Source of the DNA: Monosiga brevicollis MX1
Taxonomy: Eukaryota
Length of the DNA stretch: 55,080 nt
Assembly: GCF_000002865.3 (NCBI RefSeq)
Contig: NW_001865086.1
Location: 1 to 55,080, forward strand
Direction: 5' to 3'
Every line of letters starts with the position of its first letter. Within the stretch, counting starts at the first letter, position 1. The translations under genes were made by a program, and so were the position numbers. Shown piece after piece: positions 46,385 to 55,080 of this stretch. Below the pieces are notes generated by a model. That model ran no database searches, was not told where the DNA came from, and was given only the letters and a program-made list of their open reading frames with translations.

Positions 46385-49300
46385 CTAATTGGCCGTGTAG
46401 TATACAACCAGCTCCGGATACATTTGGGCATTCTCAAACACAATCACCTCGTGGAATTGCCCAGAGGGTGTCGCGACAACAGAGTCATACCTGAAGAAAA
46501 TTCAATGGCAGATGCAACAAGTCAGATCAGGTGGTGGACAGAGGTACTTTGCTGAGGGCAACATGCAACAGATGGTCGATTTTGCCCAACGCACCGCTCG
46601 TTGTTGGGCGCACTGGGCAGGAGCGGTGGCGCCAGCGCCCCAGAAGGAGGTGATGGATGGACATGGGCATGGCCCAGGAGTGCTCGCGAGATGACGAGCA
46701 TTCGTTCGCCGTTGGGACCGGCACCGGCGTACTGATGACTCTGAAACCATGTAAGCACATTGCGTCAGCACCACAGCACTTGGGTAAACAGGCGAGATTG
46801 ACGGCCAGCGTTGCCATACCTTGCCGGGATGGTCGGCCAAGTAAACACCAAGACCGAATCGGTGACCAGCGCTGCTGCCAGCAAAACGCTGGTCAAGGCC
46901 CAGGCGCACAATCTTGTCGCGCAGAGATCTGTCTGGGGCGATGCCGTGGAGCAACAGGCGCTCTTGACAGGATGCATCGCGAAGCAGAGCTGGAGAGCCC
47001 GAGGGTGCATCTGATGTGGCCGTTTGGAGCTGATCATAGTGCACTTGACTTTTGATACGATGCAACATCTCTCGTCGCTTGGCGCTGTAGCGCTCCCACA
47101 GCACGGGGTTGTGCACGCGCTCCACTCGTTGCACTGCGATATTCGCTGGTCCCCGCCCACCGGTGTTCAGCTGCTTCAGTAGCTCACCCACCTACCCACC
47201 CAGTAGATTCAAATCAGACGACTTGCGGAAGAACCAAAAAGTTAACAAGCAACGCACCTCTGAAATGAGCTCGGGCGCATCGCGCAAGACATCAATGGCT
47301 GGCCCGACTTGGGCGGCCACAGGTCGTTCTGCAATCTGCCCGGCGCTGAAAAGGCTTGGCCGTTGCTTCGGATCTGTTGCAAGCAAAGCCCGCGTTTCCT
47401 TGTACAAATCACTCGACGAATCGCACATCTGCATCAGAGAAACCAACGTGAGTTTCTATCACATTAGAGGCGCGGTGCCCAGTTGTCGTTTCAGAGAATC
47501 ACAATACGCTTACCTCAGTCGCCAAGTGCGTAAAACCGAAATTTGCATTCTCTGCTCCTGCATCCCATGTGCATTTGTCAACAAGCTGATCTGTGGGTAA
47601 ACGAGCAGGCGGCACCGTTTGTGGATACATGTACGTGTTGTAGACTACACAGCCAAAAGAAAAGGCATCCTGTGCCGGTCGTGCACCCACACGACCCATT
47701 CCAAATAGCACCTCTGGTGCCACATAGCCCGCCGTGCCCGACGATGCAGTGGCCGTGCATGGTAGCATAGTGGCTTCGGCTGCGGCCTTGGTAATGTCAA
47801 AATCGCCCAGCCGCACAACAGGTTGGTCCTCGTCACCGTCCAGCATCACATTGCTCAGCTTGACATCCCGATGCACCAAGCCCTTGCTATGCATAAACGC
47901 CAGGGCCGTGCGCAGCTGAGTCATCAGACTCGCAATCACGGTCGAGGTGGCCAGGTGCCGTGCCTTGCTGAGCCACTGCTGCAAGTCACCCTGTGTACAC
48001 CACGGCTGCACCAAGTAGGCGCTGGGGTGGCCACTGTGCACGTCCACGAGCGCGCCAAGGACCGGAATGATGTGTGGGTGCTCAAGCTGGCGCATGGCGC
48101 GAAGCTCGCGCAGGAATGTACGGCACTGGTCCTGCTTGTGTTGCCGGGCAAAAGCGTACTCCTTCACAGCCAAATCTTGTTCCTCAGATTCTGGTAGCGC
48201 GGCGCGGGCCTTGTAGACCTTGTGATTTTGGTTGTAATGAAGATCAAGCTGGCCCAGGCTGGAGAGCGTCAAACCCTGGTCTACTTCGGTCATGGCCTCC
48301 AAGATCAGGCTGGCTGGAAGGTCGGGCCCAAGCACAATGCGGAGGCGCGCTCCCAGGGTGCTCTGTTCAGGGTGCAGAAAGACCAGCAGCGCTGGAAAGT
48401 GCTGATGCAGCAGCTGGGCGAGTTCTGCGACGTGGTCCACGTGTGGCTGATCTGATAATTGTTGTCGCAAGGTATCCAGCCGTTCCTTCTTCTCTTGGAG
48501 CTTGTGTTCGAGGCTTGGACGCACGTCTTCAGGCAAATGTTGTAAAGCCGTGTGAAATCCTTGAATCTCGGCCTGTAGTTTTGTCAGTTCCTCGTGAGCA
48601 GCAACCGATTCATCATCGACGTCTTGGTTCAAGCTGTCCACGTGCTTCATGCACGAGGTCAACACGGAGAGCGTCGTGGCCTGCCAGTCGATCATGTCTT
48701 GTAACTGCTGCAGCAGAGCTTGCGACTCGTGGTGCACAAACGCCACGTACCAATCCTGATGCTCGTAGTCTGGAGGTGGTTGCCACTGAGCAATTTGCTC
48801 GAGACCATTTTGCTCGAGCAGGTTCAGCTTCTCGTGAGCTTGGCACAGCTCCTCCCAGGCCTCAGGCAATGTCTCGGCTGGCGGCGGTGCACTTGCATCC
48901 ACGCATTGCGCGCACTGCCGTAGCGTCTCCACGCGATGAATTGTGTCGGTGGTTCCCGCTCTTGCCACGGCGCCCAGGGCATCAATCAAGGCCAGCACGA
49001 GGCGCTTGAGGTTGCTGTTGGCGCTGGTGAGCAGCTCCTGACGCTTGGGTTCTACGCCGCTCAGAACGATGACTTTGCTCAGGGCCGCCGCCAGGTCGGT
49101 GGGTGGCGTTTTGGGCGCGATCACTGGCGTGGTGGGTGGAGCAGGGCATGCTGCCAGCACGGTCTGAAGCTCAAGAAAAGCTGGCTGCAGCTCAAAACCA
49201 GCAGTGACATCATGCAGCTCTTGGAGCACTGATTCTAGGCTGTCAGTGTTTGAGTCCAATTGACCCAAGCGGCTGTTCAACGCTTCGGGCGCTGCCAGTG

Positions 49301-51658
49301 CCTGGTCGAGCGCACCGAGGGCCTGGGTAATGGTCGCCTGAAAGGCAGCCCAGTCCATGGCAGGAAACTCTGGTGGGGCTTCATCAATGGTTTTGCGGAT
49401 TGAAGCAACTGCCTTTGCAAGATTGGGGTTTTGTTTGGCGGCACCGCTGATAAAGGCATCGAGGTGAGGGAGGGGATGGGTGGTGTGCGTGGGCAAGAGC
49501 GGCTTGAGCCACTTGTCCACTGCCACCACAACAGAGGCCGTAGTCTAATTAAGGGTTGTGTGGTGCCATTGGTCGTGATTAGGTTGGATGAGGCCGTGGG
49601 GATTGGGGCAATAAATGCATTGGGAAAACAAGATGGGGGAGCAGGCTCACCTCGAGGGTGGGGGTGGTGGGCAGAGGCGGCAGCCAGGAGGAGAGAGCTT
49701 TGTGAGCAGCAAGCACGGGCTCCAGCTTGTCGCCATGCCCGCGTTGACGTCCGACATCGAGGGGCGTTCTGCCATCCTGAGAACATGTGATTGGCGCGTG
49801 CGAGGTGGGCAGCGACGCGAGGGTTGAGTTGGGCGATGTGCATTTGCTTTCTCATAACAAAGGCGAGGTGACAATGCTTTGAAGTGGGCCGAAGACGCCA
49901 GACGCGCGAGTGGTGTGCAAATGGTGCGGGCAGGTAGCAGGGGTCCGAACGGAGGCGCGCTTGGAGAGAGGAAAAAAAAAAACAAAAAGGGCGCGTGTGC
50001 CGGGGGCAAAACTCAAGGCACGGCCACCGAAAGTCGCTTGAGCGAGCGAGAGAGGCAGAGGCGTGATGGCAAGGGGTTGGGGATGGATCAGAAAAAGGGG
50101 AGAGCGAAAACGGCAGGCGGAAGAGACAAGCGGGGCGCGGGGAGCACCGACAACGGGCGGACGCAAAACGGGGGAAGAAGAGGGATAGCGGGAAAGAAGA
50201 AAAGGAGCCAAGGGGGAAGAACGAACGCGCACGGGAGGGCAGGGTGTAGCGGAGAGGAGGGACGGGGGCAAAGCACATGCAGCGGGAGCAGGAGCAGCAG
50301 CCGATCAAGGGGGGTAAAGAGGGGGAAGAGGGAGGTACTGTACTGACGTCGTTCTTGGCTTTAGCATCAGCACCGTACTTCAACAGCATCTCCGCCACCT
50401 CGTCATGACCCTTAAGGCAGGCCATGTGCAGTGGTGTTTCGCCATTCTGTGGGATGATGCATCAGCATGACGTACAGGTACACATCCATCATCATCATCA
50501 TGTGGGGTACGGGTGCACCATCATAGGGGGGTAAGGGGAGAAGAGGGAGGTACTGTACTGACGTTGTTCTTGGCTTTAGCATCAGCACCGTGCTGCAACA
50601 GCATCTCCGCCACCGCGACATGACCCTTAAAGCAGGCCATGTGCAGTGGTGTTTCGCCACCCTGTGGGATGATGCATCAGCATGACGTACAGGTCATCAT
50701 CATCATCATCATGTTGGGTACGGGTGTACACCATCATAGGGGGGTAAGGGGAGAAGAGGGAGGTACTGTACTGACGTTGTTCTTGGCTTTAGCATCAGCA
50801 CCGTGCTGCAACAGCATCTCCGCCACCGCGACATGACCGCAAATGCAGGCATAGTGCAGTGGTGTATCGCCATACTGTGGGATGATGCATCAGCATGACG
50901 TACAGGTACAGCATCATCATCATCAGCATCATCGTGGGGTACGGGTGCACCATCATAGGGGGGTAAGGGGAGAAGAGGGAGGTACTGTACTGACGTTGTT
51001 CTTGGCTTTAGCATCAGCACCGTGCTGCAACAGCATCTCCGCCACCTTGACATGACCGTTGTGGCAGGCCATGTGCAGTGGTGTATTCGCCACCCTGTGA
51101 AATGATGCATCAGCATGACGTACAGGTACAGCATCATCATCATGTGGTACAGGTGCACCATCATAGGGGGGGTAAAGGGGGGAAGAGGGAGGTACTGTAC
51201 TGACGCTCTGAAAAAAGCCACCCTGTGGGATGGTGCATCATCATCATCATCATCATGGGGTACAGGTGCACCATCATAGGGGGATAAAGGGGGGAAGAGG
51301 GAGGTACTGTACTGACGTTGTCCTTGGCTTTAGTATCAGCACCGTGCTGCAACAGCATCTCCACCACCTTGTCATGACCGTTGTGGCAGGCCATGTGCAG
51401 TGGTGTATAGCCACCCTGTGGGATGATGCAAACATGCAGTATATGTCCCATGTTATACCATAACGTCACCCCATCAAGTGACACATTCAAAGTGTAACCA
51501 ATATCACACAACATCATACCAAACAGCATACGTACCGTATTTTTGTATTGGGCAGCATCTCGTATACGTTGTTGGTCCCAACTGGTCAACAGCTGCAGCG
51601 CCCATTGTGAATCTGGTGAACAACACGCACTGTACAGCTGCCATCCATCATCACTCAT
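46385..51658 (-). CDS. Ankyrin-helical-kinase-PARP protein, copy 3. Exons 51658-51536, 51415-51317, 51222-51205 (18 bp), 51094-50995 (100 bp, frameshifted), 50874-50776, 50661-50563, 50446-50348, 49776-49651, 49544-47514, then four exons from 47428 to the stop
   Basis: Same architecture and motifs as copy 1; H-Y-E intact (LLHG, GVYLAD, FHEVIVF); TAG at 46385-46387. Confidence 0.88.
50310..51420 (-). repeat. Tandem array of six ankyrin exon+intron units (one collapsed)
   Basis: Same repeated intron as 3302-4270, on the opposite strand. Confidence 0.95.
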
Positions 51659-52544
51659 GGTAACGGTATCTCTCTCTATTCACCATCCGCTTCAAACCGC
51701 TTTGCTTGCTTCTCTAGCCACCACCAATCTCATGAGCCCCCTCCAAGTACAACTCGTCTGACAACCCAGAATTCGGACTGGGATTCAACAGGTGCGCGCC
51801 GTTTCCAAAACGGCAGCCGGTCACCGGGCCCTTTGCTCTTCTCTGCCTGGTGCACCAAACGACGCACCTTTGGCCAATAGTTCTCGGTGACAGTGGCGAG
51901 GACCGGTGTACTTGGTTGCCCAGCGCACGTTGTCGACTGCGAGGTGAGAACAGTGAGGCCAACTTCAGTTGAAAGCAAAAAAAATGGCAGCGGTGCTTTC
52001 AATCAAAACGTTCTGGCGTCGCCGTAAGGCCCCGACCAAGAGAGTCCCGCACCAAACACAAGCAATCAGTCACCACGCACACACACACACAGAAAGCAAG
52101 ACACGTCAAGCAGCCCGCCGATGCCGATACCGATACCGACACCGCTGCCAAAAAAGGGCACCACCAACAACAAGAAGAAGAAGAAGAAGAAGACGAAGTC
52201 AAAAGCAAAAGCAAAAGCAAAAGCAAAAGCAAAAGCAAAAGCAATGGCAAACAACCGAAAGGAAGAAAAATGCAAGCAACACACACACACACGTTTACAC
52301 CTTTTTCTTCTTCTTTTTTAATTTTTTTATTTTCAGCAACAGCGGGAAAAGCAAATTCCATCCGCACGTCCTGGACCGGGCTCATGGGTGGTAAGGACGG
52401 TTTGCGCCGGTCAATCGGATCGCCACGCCCAACGTACCTGCCAAATCTATTGGCTCGGCCGATCGAGCCCCCGTGTATTTCTTTCTTCTGCGCACCAACC
52501 ACACCCATCGAGAGTGTAATTCGTCTCAGTCTCTCTTTTTTTAT

Positions 52545-52940
52545 GTATCTCTCAAACTCTCTCTTTCTCTCAAACTCTCTCTCTCTCTCAAACTCTCTCA
52601 CTCTCTCTCTCTCTCAAACTCTCTCTCTCAAACTCTCTCTCTCAAACTCTCTCTCTCAAACTCTCTCTCTCTCTCAAACTCTCTCTCTCTCAAACTCTCT
52701 CTCTCAAACTCACTCTCTCACTCTCACTCTCTCTCAAACTCTCTCTCTCAAACTCTCTCTCTCAAACTCTCTCTCTCAAACTCTCTCAAACTCTCAAACT
52801 CTCTCTCTCAAACTCTCTCTCTCAAACTCTCAAACTCTCTCTCTCAAACTCTCTCTCTCAAACCCTCTCTCTCAAACTCTCTCTCTCAAACTCTCTCTCT
52901 CAAACCCTCTCTCTCAAACTCTCTCTCTCTCTCTCTTTCT
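52545..52940. repeat. CT-rich minisatellite (ctctctctcaaa units)
   Basis: Direct inspection. Confidence 0.95.
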
Positions 52941-53634
52941 CACGCCAATTCATCTCGCCGTCAAGCTTGTGTACGAACAACGTGTACTGCCCCTCTGCCA
53001 GCCATGACAGCTCGCCTCTTACACCACAAAAATGGGGCTCGTACCTACAACATGTACTGCCCCTTTGCCAGCCATGTCATCCCAAGCCCGTTGGCTAAAT
53101 GCCCCCCTCTGGTCATACCAATCTTATTCCCCGCCCAAACGTGAGCGACCATTCCTGACGTGAGCTTTAGGTTCATTGCCATGGCGGTCATGGTGCTGCT
53201 CGTTCCCTTTGGAGCATTGCAACGGCAACCTTCACAAACCGATATGTCTCCTGCAATAACTTACATCATCATTCCTAGCAGAACTACATTAACTTCTCGT
53301 ATATCGAAATAAACGGTTTAAAGAAGAGTAAAAAACCGAGGTGCATTTCCCCTGCAGCAACTTGCATCTCTACGCAAAATAAGAGGGTGTGTTCAACATT
53401 GCGAGGTTCGGGGCAGCAAGGGCAGCGGGTGACGGGACTGAGGAAGGGCAGCGGGAGAGGAGCAAGTGTAGCAGAGACTCTTTTTGAAGAAGGTCGGAGG
53501 GAGAGAAGATGGTGCTTGAGGGATCAAAGAGTCTGTCTACACGCGTGGGTGGTTGCCACTACAAGCTCATGCATGGTGCAGGGCCTTCCTGGCTCACTTG
53601 ACTGCAGTTTGGAACACCCACCCCGACAGAAGAT

Positions 53635-54240
53635 TCATCGTGTTGCGCTGGTAAATTTAAGAATGGACACACGCGTATACAAGCGGAAGTCGGCCCTCCC
53701 CGAAGATTTCAATGTAGGCGCGATCGCGACCGTGGGCTCGCTGACNNNNNNNNNNNNNNNNNNNNNNNNNNNNNNNNNNNNNNNNNNNNNNNNNNNNNNN
53801 NNNNNNNNNNNNNNNNNNNNNNNNNNNNNNNNNNNNNNNNNNNNNNNNNNNNNNNNNNNNNNNNNNCTTCCTGGCTGCCCGCAAAGCCGCAGCGATATAC
53901 GCCCTGAAAATGGGCCCAGCACGAGACACACGAGTTCAAATCAGCTGCACATCCCAAAAACTTTGTTTTGATACAAGACAGTGTTTGCCACATACATCGT
54001 TGATGTTGGGATACACGAGCTTGTCAATTTCGGTCATGGCCGATTCCAAATCGGCCGGCTCCAGGTCCAGCTCGGGACGCTTGGCCAAATCGTTGAACTG
54101 TGAGTTGAACATGCCTAAAGGTCAAGGATATGTGCACGAGTCAGGCACCACACCAAGAGGTGAGCGCCACAAAGAGAACAGATCATCGGAAGAAATCCTC
54201 AAGTTGTCCTCGAAAAGGACAGAGGAAAGTTGTCTGATTG

Positions 54241-54277
<37 letters not shown>

Positions 54278-55080
54278 CTTTAAAGAAAAAAAGGCCAAGG
54301 GGTGGCGCGCGGGAGGCTTGGGGGCAGGCTGACGCACGGATGATTTCGCTGCTTTCATTGTTCACAATGGTCTAAAAAAAATGATCGCGAGCCCGCGGCA
54401 TGCTTGATGAGATTGGGTCCGGGACGCATTGAAGGCCCGTGGAGGATGAACCAACCTGAGTCTTCTTATCAAAGAGGACGGGCACGGAAAGCTTCTTGTA
54501 CGGATAGCCGGGCTGTGCCAAATTGTAAACCTGGCAGATCATCGGTACATGATGGAAAAGGGTCATGAGGGCATACTGGAGTGTGATGCCGCAAGTGGCC
54601 TCTGAAAGAAAAGGCCAAGAAAGGTCCCGGAGGGGCAATGGCTGTTGCGTACGTCGTGAAGATACTCAAACTGTGGGTGAAGAGGATCGGGGTCCTCCTT
54701 GGTAAAGGGCCAGCCGCGGTAGGGCCGGCCATCATCGGGCCACTCCAGAAACCAGCCTAAAGCCGACGCGGGCCATGGAATAGCGCAGTGGTGTGGTGCC
54801 AACGGCGTGAGGGCAGGGCGTGGTCCTTGGGAAGGGTGGATGAGCAAAGCTGTGGCTGAGGGAGGAAGGGTGCGAAAAGCTAACCAAGCATGGTGACGGA
54901 GATGACGTCTTCGAGGCCCTTGAGCGAGCGCATCAAGAGGGCGCGGTGGGCCCAGGGACAAGCCCATGCCACGTCTACAAAGGATGGGCCGAGATGAGTC
55001 GCAAGGCACTTTCCAAAGCTCGAAGCACTGTCCAAAACATGTGTGTGTGCATGCACGCGCAAGGCGAGGGGCTGGCGAAA
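53635..55080 (-). CDS. Glutathionyl-hydroquinone reductase (ECM4/YqjG-type GST), multi-exon; 5' end outside the window, 3' end uncertain
   Basis: [18 protein letters not shown] active-site motif; [37 protein letters not shown]. Confidence 0.85.

Overview
Intron-rich (GT-AG), moderately GC-rich unicellular eukaryote genome with many CA/CT microsatellites and assembly gaps. A choanoflagellate such as Monosiga is plausible, but that is inference. Housekeeping genes: SKP1-like 3' end, BLOC-1 subunit 4, mucin-stalked glycan-enzyme-like gene, FYVE-type PI3/4-kinase, mitochondrial acyl carrier protein, two-pore channel and ECM4/YqjG-type GST. They surround three paralogous copies (one +, two -) of an unusual ~1,200-aa gene: ankyrin array, helical/coiled-coil region, atypical protein kinase, tankyrase-like PARP with H-Y-E triad. 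Each ankyrin repeat is its own 99-bp phase-0 exon in a ~205-215-bp tandem exon+intron unit, with variation concentrated at ligand-contacting codons. Each copy is followed by a second kinase-tail+PARP exon cassette, intact in copy 1 and decayed in copies 2 and 3. The paralogs are mosaics of one another. This resembles a diversifying sensor-effector (innate immune-like) system, analogous in layout to RNase L. Also present: a TIR/TA-flanked IS630-Tc1-mariner element with DD71E spacing, sarcoglycan-like 3' fragments and a frameshifted beta-helix fragment.
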